From Blastocatellia bacterium (lineage in GTDB: Bacteria; Acidobacteriota; Blastocatellia; RBC074): 64,000 nucleotides of DNA. The notes under the pieces were generated by a model. It did not search any database. It saw nothing but the letters and a program-made list of their open reading frames with translations, and was not told the DNA's origin. Position numbers and translations under genes: made by a program. Every line of letters begins with the position of its first letter. The stretch's first letter is position 1. The stretch spans positions 97,634 through 161,633 of the forward strand of contig JAXLQP010000007.1 in NCBI GenBank assembly GCA_046331565.1, written 5' to 3'. Positions 10,173 through 18,274 of the stretch are shown here, piece after piece.

Positions 10173-10865
10173 CTGAGACCGTGCTTTATCCGGTTCACCC
10201 GGGCGCGTGACTGACTGCCGATCAGCCGCCCGTGCAAGCAGGTCGCGCACTTCGTCATCTGTCGTCTGCGTGAAATCTTCATACCACAATCCGACGGCAT
10301 AAAACGGTTCGGGCGTGAGGGCGCAGATGACCTCGTCCACTTCGTTTCTGAATTCATCGCAGGTCTGGCTCGCGGCGACCGGCACCGCAACAACGATTGC
10401 GGCGGGATGCTGTTCTTTAAGCGCCTGCGCTGCCGCGCGCATTGTTGAGCCGGTGGCCAGACCATCATCAATCAGAATCACCGTGCGGCCTTTGATCTCA
10501 GGCGCGGGGCGATCATCGCGGTAAGCTCGCTCGCGCCGTTCAAGTTCCTGCTGCTGCCGTGCTGCCGCCGCGTCAATTACGTCCGCCGGAATATGCAGGT
10601 ATTGCACGACATCCTGATTCAGCACGCGCACGCCACCTGAAGCTATGGCGCCCATCGCCAGTTCCTCGTGTCCGGGCACGCCCAGCTTGCGCACCAGAAA
10701 AACATCAAGCGGCGCCTGCAATGCCGCAGCGACTTCATACGCCACCGGCACCCCGCCGCGCGGCAACGCGAGTACCAGCACGTCAGGTCGCCTGGCGTAA
10801 GCCGTCAATCGCTGCGCCAGCAGCCGACCCGCTTCCGTTCGATTCCTGAATCTCTCAGCCATCAT
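10161..10865 (-). CDS. Phosphoribosyltransferase family protein (FRNRTEAG / [11 protein letters not shown] type)
   Basis: PRPP-binding loop [14 protein letters not shown], plus [17 protein letters not shown] and [17 protein letters not shown]. Confidence 0.9.
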   Translation of the reverse strand: MMAERFRNRTEAGRLLAQRLTAYARRPDVLVLALPRGGVPVAYEVAAALQAPLDVFLVRKLGVPGHEELAMGAIASGGVRVLNQDVVQYLHIPADVIDAAAARQQQELERRERAYRDDRPAPEIKGRTVILIDDGLATGSTMRAAAQALKEQHPAAIVVAVPVAASQTCDEFRNEVDEVICALTPEPFYAVGLWYEDFTQTTDDEVRDLLARAADRQSVTRPGEPDKARSQSPA

Positions 10866-10902
10866 TCTCCTTCTGCGCCTTCAGGGCCGCTGCCTGCGCG
10901 CC

Positions 10903-11859
10903 TCAACACAGATCGCTGAGTGATCCGGCGGTCAGGAAGCGGCGTATTGCGGCAGCCAGCAGCGGCGCGCTGGAAACCACATGAAGTTGCGGCCAGGGTT
11001 GAGCATGGCGCGGCACTGTGTCGGTCACGATAATTTCCTGCACGCCCGTCTCGCTTAGTCTTTCGCGCGCGCCGTCAACGAACAGGCCGTGCGTTGCTGC
11101 GACTTTAATTTCGGGTCGCGCCCCCGCACGTCGCAGGGCCGCCACACTTTCCACTATCGTGCCGCCGGTCGAAATCATGTCATCCACGATCAGGCACGAA
11201 CGGTCGCGCACATTGCCTGCAAGATGCGTCATCTCAAGCTCGGTTCCGCTCGCTCGCCGCTTGTGCAGCACCGCAAAGTCAGTGCCGAGTCGCTCAGCGT
11301 AAGCCATCGCCAGCTTTGCGCGCCCGACATCGGGCGAAACAATTACCGTATCGGGCGAACAACGCTGGCTGATTGCCTGACTCAGCACGGGCAGCGCCGT
11401 CAGGCTGTCCACCGGAATGCGGAAGAAACCTTCGATCTGTGGCGCGTGCAAATCCAGGGTGACCACATGACTGACACTGACGGCCTGAAGCAGTTCGGCC
11501 ACCATACTGGCTGTGATCGGTTCGCGGCGTGCCTGCCGTTTGTCAGAACGCGCGTAACCGAAGTAAGGAATGATCGCAGTCAGATGAGTTGCTGAAGCCC
11601 TGCGGCAGGCGTCGGCAAAGGCCAGCAGTTCAATCAGATGATCGTTGACCGGCGGCGAGGTGGATTGCACGAGAAAGACCTCGCGCCCGCGCACCGGTTC
11701 ATCAAGCCGCACGGAAAGCTCGCCATCCGGGAACCGTTCGACCGCACAGGCACCGAGCGGCGTGCCCAGTTCGGCAGCGATGGCGGCGGCCAGATCGGGG
11801 CTGGCCGTGCCGCCGAAAATGATGAAACGATCAGTCAGCTCGTGCGGGCTGCTGTGCAT
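10903..11859 (-). CDS. prs: Ribose-phosphate pyrophosphokinase
   Basis: RFPDGE..V, PYFGYARSDK, LDLHAPQIEGFF, SPDVG and IVDDMISTGGT. Start placed at ATG 11859; the ORF-track extension overlaps the upstream gene. Confidence 0.9.
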   Translation of the reverse strand: MHSSPHELTDRFIIFGGTASPDLAAAIAAELGTPLGACAVERFPDGELSVRLDEPVRGREVFLVQSTSPPVNDHLIELLAFADACRRASATHLTAIIPYFGYARSDKRQARREPITASMVAELLQAVSVSHVVTLDLHAPQIEGFFRIPVDSLTALPVLSQAISQRCSPDTVIVSPDVGRAKLAMAYAERLGTDFAVLHKRRASGTELEMTHLAGNVRDRSCLIVDDMISTGGTIVESVAALRRAGARPEIKVAATHGLFVDGARERLSETGVQEIIVTDTVPRHAQPWPQLHVVSSAPLLAAAIRRFLTAGSLSDLC

Positions 11860-11902
11860 CGGCTTTACCTTTCCTTCCCGCGCATCATCAATTGCCTTTC
11901 GG

Positions 11903-12220
11903 TCATCTGCTGCCCGCAGAAGATTTCCTGCCGCTCGTCGTTTCGCGGCTGACCAGCTTGCAGAAACGGCTCGGCTTGCCATCGGCTGTCTCATCCTGAT
12001 AAACGAAAGCCAGCCTGCTCTCCTCGAACTTCTCGAAAAATGCGTCCCAGGTGATCGCTTCCAGCGACTGTTCGCCGCTGTAGCCCGGAAAATCAATGCG
12101 CAAAACGCCCGGCTCGTCCTGATCGCCCGTGCGCCTGACCGTTGCCGGATGCCCGCCGCGAGCCTCTGCCCATTTCCTGATCTCGTGATGATTCGTCGTG
12201 GTTTTGCTTTCTCCTGCCAT
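11903..12220 (-). CDS. Conserved small hypothetical protein (TTTNHHEIRKWAEARGGHPA family)
   Basis: ATG 12220 with GGGAGAG RBS. The pattern TT.H.EIR.WAE.RGG.PA...LRIDFPG...I.WD.FF.KF...LAF.YQ is a recurrent bacterial stress-cluster protein (recall). Confidence 0.75.
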   Translation of the reverse strand: MAGESKTTTNHHEIRKWAEARGGHPATVRRTGDQDEPGVLRIDFPGYSGEQSLEAITWDAFFEKFEESRLAFVYQDETADGKPSRFCKLVSRETTSGRKSSAGSR

Positions 12221-12261
12221 GTTCTCTCCCTTCAAATCTCTCTTGTCATTTGCACCAGGCC

Positions 12262-12288
12262 GCCAGACGCGGGCGGGCCGCGTCTGGC
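12262..12288. other. Intra-operonic 11-bp stem-loop
   Basis: GCCAGACGCGG-GCGGG-CCGCGTCTGGC with no U tract. Confidence 0.6.
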
Positions 12289-12294
12289 AACTTG

Positions 12295-12849
12295 TCAGCC
12301 AGATGCGGGCCGCTGTGCAGTTTTTTCCGGCTGCTCCAGCACCTGCATCAGCAGCGGAACTGTGGTCACTGCTCCCACCAGCACGAGCGTCCACCCGACG
12401 GCCCGCCGCGTGTCGTCATCGAGCCTGCCAGCGAGGAGCAATCCCAGCCCGGCGCCGAGCATTCCGCGCGTGCCTGCGATGAGGGCGAGTTGTGGCAGGG
12501 TCAGTTCCCGCTTTTTCATCGTCCAGTTTCTTCCGGCGCTCTTCCAGGATCGGCCTGCCTGTCCGCCGGAACGGGATGCCTGCGCATTGTCAGGGTTCGT
12601 CCACTGCGTGAAGTTGGCGATCCCGGATTCACCGTGATCTTCGTAACCGGCAGCGCCACGCTCGCCCTGTCCCCACGAGGCCATCCCGTGCGTCCGGGCC
12701 TGAGGATCATCAGGCAGCGGGCCGGACATCGGGTAAACGCCCGATCTGCCCACCTCATCCGTGCGGCCCTGCCCGCCGCCCGGCAGCCCGCTCTCGCGCC
12801 TGCTTTCCTGTCCTCTCTGTGGCTCCTGTTGTTTCTGAGTTTTCATCAT
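12295..12849 (-). CDS. Hypothetical protein: hydrophilic N-half plus a two-TM C-half (possible fusion of two small genes)
   Basis: GGAGGAG RBS. The Gly/Gln-rich N-half contains GRTDEVGRSGVYPMSG. An internal Met starts MKKRELTLPQLALIAGTRGMLGAGLGLLLA. Confidence 0.65.
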   Translation of the reverse strand: MMKTQKQQEPQRGQESRRESGLPGGGQGRTDEVGRSGVYPMSGPLPDDPQARTHGMASWGQGERGAAGYEDHGESGIANFTQWTNPDNAQASRSGGQAGRSWKSAGRNWTMKKRELTLPQLALIAGTRGMLGAGLGLLLAGRLDDDTRRAVGWTLVLVGAVTTVPLLMQVLEQPEKTAQRPASG

Positions 12850-12872
12850 CTCCTCCCTTCAGTCGTTGCGGA

Positions 12873-13409
12873 TCAGCTTGTAATCTCGATCCGGCGGCGT
12901 TGTTCTTCGCGTTGCGGTGCGGGCATCGTGATTTCAAGCACACCATCACGGAAAGTGGCTTTTGCCTTCTCAGCATCAGTCCCTTCCGGCAGCGGGATGC
13001 TGCGATAGAAACTGCCGTAGCTGCGTTCGCTGCGATAGAAACCCTCGCGGTTCTCCTCGCGCTGCTGTTTGCGTTCGCCCTGAATGGTGAGCGCATTATC
13101 AGTGACATCTATTTTGACATCGTCTTTGTTCAGCCCCGGCAGATCAGCACGGACGATAAACTGCCCGCCCTGCTCGAAGGCTTCAATCTGCGGCGACCAG
13201 CCGCCGCGTCCGAATTCGCCCCAGCCGCGCGACATCAGCCGTCCTGGCCCGAAGCCGAAGTCTTCAAACACACGCTCCATTTCGTCAGCGAAGCGGCTCA
13301 TTAATGAAAATGGACTTGCCGACCAGTGCGCCATGCCTGGCGTTTCGCGGCGCGCCAGTCCCGCCGATTTTTCATCCGGTTGTTGTGTTGCTTCTCTTGC
13401 TTTAGCCAT
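12873..13409 (-). CDS. Small heat-shock protein Hsp20/alpha-crystallin
   Basis: WSPQIE, ADLPGL.KDDVKI, LTIQGER, ERSYGSFYRSIPLP and A.FRDGVLEI. Start ATG 13409 with AGGAGG RBS. Confidence 0.95.
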   Translation of the reverse strand: MAKAREATQQPDEKSAGLARRETPGMAHWSASPFSLMSRFADEMERVFEDFGFGPGRLMSRGWGEFGRGGWSPQIEAFEQGGQFIVRADLPGLNKDDVKIDVTDNALTIQGERKQQREENREGFYRSERSYGSFYRSIPLPEGTDAEKAKATFRDGVLEITMPAPQREEQRRRIEITS

Positions 13410-13425
13410 TGCTTTTCTCCTCCTT

Positions 13426-14139
13426 TCAAATCGAAGTTTTACTGAACTGATGCGGTTGTAACTGTGCGCGGAACCAGTCCGCCGCCAGGCGCGCCACCGC
13501 TTCAAGCGCGCCCGGTTCTTCAAACAAATGCGTCGCGCCGGGAATGATTTTCAGCTCTTTTTCACACTGAAGCTGCGCAAAGGCCGCTTCATTCAGCTCA
13601 ATCACCGGTTCATCGCGTCCGCCGACAATCAGCAGGGTCGGCGCTGTGACCTGCGGCAGCGCCGCGCCCGCCAGATCAGGCCGCCCGCCGCGCGAGACCA
13701 CTGCCCCGATTTTTTCGCCCAGACGCGCCGCAGCGACGAGCGCCGCCCCGCCGCCCGTACTCGCGCCGAAAAAGCCCGGACGCAGATTCATTCGTCTGCC
13801 CGGGAACGCCTGTTCGCTTTCCAGCCAGCGCACAGCGTCTGCAAGACGATCAGCCAGCAGGCTGATGTCAAAGCGCAGATGGCGCGTATAAATATCCACT
13901 GACTCTTCTTCTGCGGTCAGCAGGTCGAAAAGCAGCGTTCCGATGCCTGCTTCACGAATGACGCGCGCCACGTACTGATTGCGCGGACTGTGACGACTGC
14001 TGCCGCTGCCGTGAGCGAAAAGCACCAGGCCGCTCGCCTGGTGCGGAATACTCAACTCACCCTCAAGCCGCGCGCCGCCTGATGGAATCTGCACACTCTG
14101 CTGCCAGTCACCTGTCGGTTCATTGCTGGTCTGTTGCAT
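13426..14139 (-). CDS. Dienelactone-hydrolase-like alpha/beta hydrolase
   Basis: LFAHGSGSSRHSPRN, GFFGASTGGGAAL, VVSRGGRPDLA and PGATHLFEEPG. GAGGGAGG RBS. Confidence 0.9.
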   Translation of the reverse strand: MQQTSNEPTGDWQQSVQIPSGGARLEGELSIPHQASGLVLFAHGSGSSRHSPRNQYVARVIREAGIGTLLFDLLTAEEESVDIYTRHLRFDISLLADRLADAVRWLESEQAFPGRRMNLRPGFFGASTGGGAALVAAARLGEKIGAVVSRGGRPDLAGAALPQVTAPTLLIVGGRDEPVIELNEAAFAQLQCEKELKIIPGATHLFEEPGALEAVARLAADWFRAQLQPHQFSKTSI

Positions 14140-14243
14140 GGCTTAATCCTCCCTCAGCCTTGTTTCATGATCTGCCTGTGCCCGCAACTGAAAATCACGA
14201 ACAAGCAGGGAATGATGAACGGGAGAACCTGTATCTGAAAGCT

Positions 14244-14259
14244 TGCAAGGAGAGTGCCA
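14244..14259 (-). promoter_or_regulatory. Sigma54 (-24/-12) promoter for the hydrolase-hsp20-prs-PRTase operon
   Basis: Minus strand reads TGGCAC-TCTCC-TTGCA (GG-N10-GC), about 105 nt upstream of ATG 14139. Confidence 0.85.
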
Positions 14260-14414
14260 GTTGCGTGAAGCGCGCGGTCAGGCTGCGGACTGGAGCGGCA
14301 GGAATCGGCCTGCATCTTTCCTGCGCGGCGTTCTTCCGGCGCGGCTGATTGTTGTTTTCGCGCTCATCGTCAGTGCGGGTGATGGTGGCTGTGGCGCGCG
14401 GTGATCGGCGATTG

Positions 14415-14430
14415 TGGCATCGCCTTTGCT
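14415..14430 (+). promoter_or_regulatory. Sigma54 promoter for the YbhB-family gene
   Basis: TGGCAT-CGCCT-TTGCT, divergent from the 14244 site. Confidence 0.75.
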
Positions 14431-14649
14431 GTCAAAAGCAGTACATCATCCTGCCCACTGACAAGAGCTGAGTTGCCCGGCTGACACAGGAAGCGTCAGC
14501 AGAACCGAACAGGGCTTTTCGCTCAGCAGAGATGATGATGAAACCGCGTGGCGTGACCGATGCGTGATGGCAACCGCGCCGCGCTGTCTGACTTCAACGC
14601 CCCGGTTATTCCGACCTGCCGGGCGATGTTTGCTCGGAGGAGGTAAGTT

Positions 14650-15141
14650 ATGGACATTCAAATTCTCAGTAATGCTTTTGCGGAAGGCGCATCCATCCCG
14701 GTGCAATACACCTGCGATGGCGACAACATTTCGCCGCCGCTGCGCTGGGGCAGCCTGCCGAAGGATTCGCAAAGCCTCGCGCTGATCTGCGAAGACCCGG
14801 ATGCGCCTTCCGGCGTCTTCACACACTGGCTGATCTTCAACCTGCCGCCGCTGGTTTCGAGCCTGCCTGAAGCGATGCCTGCGAGCGACACGCTGGAAGA
14901 AACCGGCGCGGTGCAGGGACGCAACGATTTTCATGAAATCGGCTATGGTGGCCCGTGTCCTCCGCCGGGCAGTCCGCATCGCTATTTCTTCCGTCTGTTT
15001 GCGCTCGACACCCGGCTGCAACTGTCGGCAGGCGCGAGCAAACAGGAACTGGAGCGCGCGATGCAGGGGCACGTCCTGGCGACAGGGCATCTGATGGGAA
15101 CTTATCAGCGTCGTGCGGGGCAGGCCGTCCGACACCGCTGA
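14650..15141 (+). CDS. YbhB/YbcL family (PEBP/Raf kinase inhibitor-like) protein
   Basis: YTCDG.NISPPL.W, LICEDPDAP, FTHWL, YGGPCPP and HRYFFRLFALD. GGAGGAGG RBS. Confidence 0.93.
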   Translation: MDIQILSNAFAEGASIPVQYTCDGDNISPPLRWGSLPKDSQSLALICEDPDAPSGVFTHWLIFNLPPLVSSLPEAMPASDTLEETGAVQGRNDFHEIGYGGPCPPPGSPHRYFFRLFALDTRLQLSAGASKQELERAMQGHVLATGHLMGTYQRRAGQAVRHR

Positions 15142-15472
15142 CGCTCTGAAGTATTTCACCGCGACGCAGCTTCAGAATCAGCCGGATCAGGTTGCAGACC
15201 GAAACTACAGCCGCTTGGCGAACAAACATTCCGGCAACAGGCCGGGATGCCGGGGGTGAGGTCTGCGCATCGCCGGTCAGATCAGCCTTCAATCGCACCG
15301 CTCTTCCTGCATTCCGTTCTGCAATCCGGGCCGATCAGTTGACCCGGCTGATGCTGCCCGCGCGATTTCTGCTCAGGTAATCAGCCTTGTGCGCCGATAA
15401 GGATGGAGAGTGATTCCCGCCACACGTCACTCGTGTGTTGTCACGCAGAATTGCCCGTTTTGATTAATTATC

Positions 15473-17392
15473 ATGCTCTTCAATCTGCTCAATCCTCAAA
15501 GGTCAGCTTCGACTGAAACTGAGCTTTCGCCAGGTCTCAGCAGGCGCATTCTGACTGAACAGGTCAGGCAGCTTTACCAGAATGCCCCGATCAGTCTGGC
15601 CGTTCAGATTCCAGGGATGTTTCTGATGGTCTGGATGCTGCGCAACGTCATTCCGCACGCGCGGCTGATCGTCTGGCTGATCTGCATCGAAGCGGTCTTT
15701 CTGCTGCGCGTCGGGCTGGTCGTGGCATATCGCCGCCGTCAGACCGCAGATGACACGGGCCGGTGGAAGAATCGCTATCTGAACAGCCTGCTCCTGTCCG
15801 GCGTGATTATGGGCAGCAGCGGCATTCTGCTTTTTCCGTCACAATCGCTGCCGCATCAGTTGCTGCTGCTGATGGTGCTGAGCGGGATGGGAGCCGCGTC
15901 TTCAGCGACACTGTCGCCCGTGAAATCGGCTTTTCTGCTGTTTTTCATTCCGCTTCAGCTTCCGATCAATCTGTATCTTTTTCTGTCGGGCGATGAATTT
16001 CATATTGTCGCGGGCATCATGGTGCTGCTCTTTAATATGGTGCCGCTCAGCTCCTCGCTGCACTCGCACCGGACGCTGATCGAATCACTGTACCTGCGAT
16101 TTGAAAATGAGGATCTGGTCGCGCACCTCTCAGCCGCGCGCGCATCAGCCGAAGCCCGCACTGAAGAATTGCAGCTTGAAATCGCTGAACGTCGCCGCGT
16201 TGAAGAGGCCCTGCTTGAATCGAGCCGCTTCACTGAACAGGTTATCTTCTGCGCTGGCGAAGGCATCATCGTGCTGGATCGTGACCTGAAATGTGTAGTC
16301 TGGAATCAGCGAATGACTGAAATGACCGGTTACCAGGCGGAACAGGTGACGGGCCGACGCATTGATGAAGTCTTTCCGCATATGGCAGAGCCGGGAGTGC
16401 GTGAGATGTATCAGCGGGCGATCAGCGGCGAAAAAATCATGCTGCCCGATCAGCATCTGACGCTGCCCAACGGCGTGACGCTGTGGCGCGCAGGCAATTA
16501 CTCGCCGCTCAGAAACGCGCGCGGCGAACTGATCGGCGCCATCGGCCTGTTGCAGGACATTACTGAACGCAAACGAGCCGAAAGCGAATTGCGTGATTTT
16601 GCCGCGAAGCTCGAACACAGCAACCTTGAATTGCAGGGCCTGGCTGCCCGGCTGGAACGCAGTAATCAGGAACTGCAGATGTTTGCCTCCGTCGCTTCGC
16701 ACGATTTGCAGGAGCCGCTCAGAAAGGTGCAGACCTTCGGTGACCGTCTGAAGGCCAGGTATGCCGACCTGCTCGACGAAACCGGGCGCGATTACGTTGC
16801 CCGCATGCAGAACGCAACGGCGCGCATGCAGGTGCTGATTGAGGATCTGCTGTCCTATTCGCGCGTGACGACCAGAGCGCAGCCCTTCAAGGCCGTTGAC
16901 CTGAAACTGATTGCACGCGAAGTCACCGGTGATCTTGAAGCGCGCATCGAACGCACCGACGGGCGCGTCGAAATCGGGGAACTGCCGGTCATTGAGGCCG
17001 ACCCGACACAGATGCGACAGTTGCTGCAAAACCTGATCGGCAACGCGCTCAAGTTTCATCGCCCCGAAACGCCGCCCGTCGTCACCGTGCGCGCCGCCAG
17101 GGTCAGCAGCACAGATCAGCAGGATGCCGTGTGGCGGCTGGAAATTGCCGACAACGGCATCGGCTTTGACGAAAAATATCTGGATAAAATCTTCGCCATC
17201 TTTCAGCGCCTGCACGGACGCGATGAATACGAAGGCACCGGCATCGGTCTGGCCGTCTGTCAGAAGATCGTCGAACGCCATCGCGGCACCATTACCGCCA
17301 GCAGCCGACCAGGTCAGGGCGCAACCTTCATCATCACACTGCCCGCCGTGCAACCGTCCGACAAGACCAACTCAGCCGGAACTGTGAACTAG
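15473..17392 (+). CDS. Membrane sensor histidine kinase (about 5-6 TM, PAS/PAC, HisKA, HATPase)
   Basis: Hydrophobic N-terminal helices, a PAS domain ending in QDITERK, ASHDLQEPLRK H-box, NLIGNALKF, DNGIGF and GTGIGL. Confidence 0.92.
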   Translation: MLFNLLNPQRSASTETELSPGLSRRILTEQVRQLYQNAPISLAVQIPGMFLMVWMLRNVIPHARLIVWLICIEAVFLLRVGLVVAYRRRQTADDTGRWKNRYLNSLLLSGVIMGSSGILLFPSQSLPHQLLLLMVLSGMGAASSATLSPVKSAFLLFFIPLQLPINLYLFLSGDEFHIVAGIMVLLFNMVPLSSSLHSHRTLIESLYLRFENEDLVAHLSAARASAEARTEELQLEIAERRRVEEALLESSRFTEQVIFCAGEGIIVLDRDLKCVVWNQRMTEMTGYQAEQVTGRRIDEVFPHMAEPGVREMYQRAISGEKIMLPDQHLTLPNGVTLWRAGNYSPLRNARGELIGAIGLLQDITERKRAESELRDFAAKLEHSNLELQGLAARLERSNQELQMFASVASHDLQEPLRKVQTFGDRLKARYADLLDETGRDYVARMQNATARMQVLIEDLLSYSRVTTRAQPFKAVDLKLIAREVTGDLEARIERTDGRVEIGELPVIEADPTQMRQLLQNLIGNALKFHRPETPPVVTVRAARVSSTDQQDAVWRLEIADNGIGFDEKYLDKIFAIFQRLHGRDEYEGTGIGLAVCQKIVERHRGTITASSRPGQGATFIITLPAVQPSDKTNSAGTVN

Positions 17393-17410
17393 ATCAGATT
17401 GACAACCTGG

Positions 17411-17491
17411 GTTGCGCGATTTGCCAAAATCGCGCGGCTTGCGCCATCGGCCTGCTCGCGTAAGCCGCGCGATTTTGGCAAATCGCGCAAC
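17411..17491. repeat. REP-like element, perfect 30-bp inverted repeat
   Basis: GTTGCGCGATTTGCCAAAATCGCGCGGCTT (17411-17440) and AAGCCGCGCGATTTTGGCAAATCGCGCAAC (17462-17491). Same family as 6339-6451. Confidence 0.9.
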
Positions 17492-17653
17492 ACTTCCCGG
17501 ACACGCAATTGAAATCTGACCTGGCGGCTGAATCTTTCAGATGCGTGAGCAGTATCAATGACGCGGAGCATATGGAGTGCGGCGATCTGACTCACCCTGA
17601 ACAGCCACCGGAAGTTTTTGCGTTCCGGCCTGCGGGCGTGCAACTATGCCGGG

Positions 17654-18274
17654 GTGCTGAAAACAATCACTGACCGCAATCTCATTCGCGCTGCCCGACA
17701 ACTCGCCGCGACTGACACTGACCTGGCGTGGATTCTGCAAAACTTCGGCCCGCCGCCGCTGTGGGCGCGCGACACTGGTTTTGCCACGCTGGTTCACATC
17801 ATTCTCGAACAACAGGTTTCGCTGGCTTCAGCAAGGGCGGCGTTTGATCGTTTGCGCCAGGCCGTCACGCTCAGCCCGACCGGGTTTCTGACGCTCTCGG
17901 ATGCGGAACTCAAAGCGATTGGATTCAGTCGGCAGAAGACGCGCTATTGCCGACTGCTTGCACAGGCATTGCTCGACGGGCAGCTTGATCTTGAGACTGT
18001 GGCCGCGATGAATGATGACGCCGCGCGAATCGTGCTGAAGCAGGTTAAGGGAATTGGTGACTGGACGGTGGATATTTATCTGCTGATGGCGCTCAGGCGG
18101 CCCGATGTCTGGCCGAAAGGCGATCTGGCGCTGGCGGTGGCGATGCAGCGGCTCAAAAAACTGCCAGCCCGTCCGTCACCGGACGAACTGGCGGTAATGG
18201 CTGAAGGATGGAAGCCCTGGCGCGCGGTTGCGGCCAGAATGCTCTGGCATTTTTACCTCAGCGCCAGAGCGTGA
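17654..18274 (+). CDS. alkA: DNA-3-methyladenine glycosylase II (AlkA/HhH-GPD family)
   Basis: ILEQQVSLASA, HhH motif VKGIGDWTVD..L and W.PWRAVAA. Start uncertain (GTG 17654; the ORF track gives 17618). Confidence 0.85.
   Translation: MLKTITDRNLIRAARQLAATDTDLAWILQNFGPPPLWARDTGFATLVHIILEQQVSLASARAAFDRLRQAVTLSPTGFLTLSDAELKAIGFSRQKTRYCRLLAQALLDGQLDLETVAAMNDDAARIVLKQVKGIGDWTVDIYLLMALRRPDVWPKGDLALAVAMQRLKKLPARPSPDELAVMAEGWKPWRAVAARMLWHFYLSARA

Noticed and set aside
16145-17353. 402-aa antisense ORF, and similar long shadows (3336-4190, 11645-12637, 14446-15159, 43279-44229, 46055-46885)
   Set aside because: They lie opposite or out of frame to well-supported genes and have no recognisable motifs. 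Such shadows are expected in GC-rich coding DNA.
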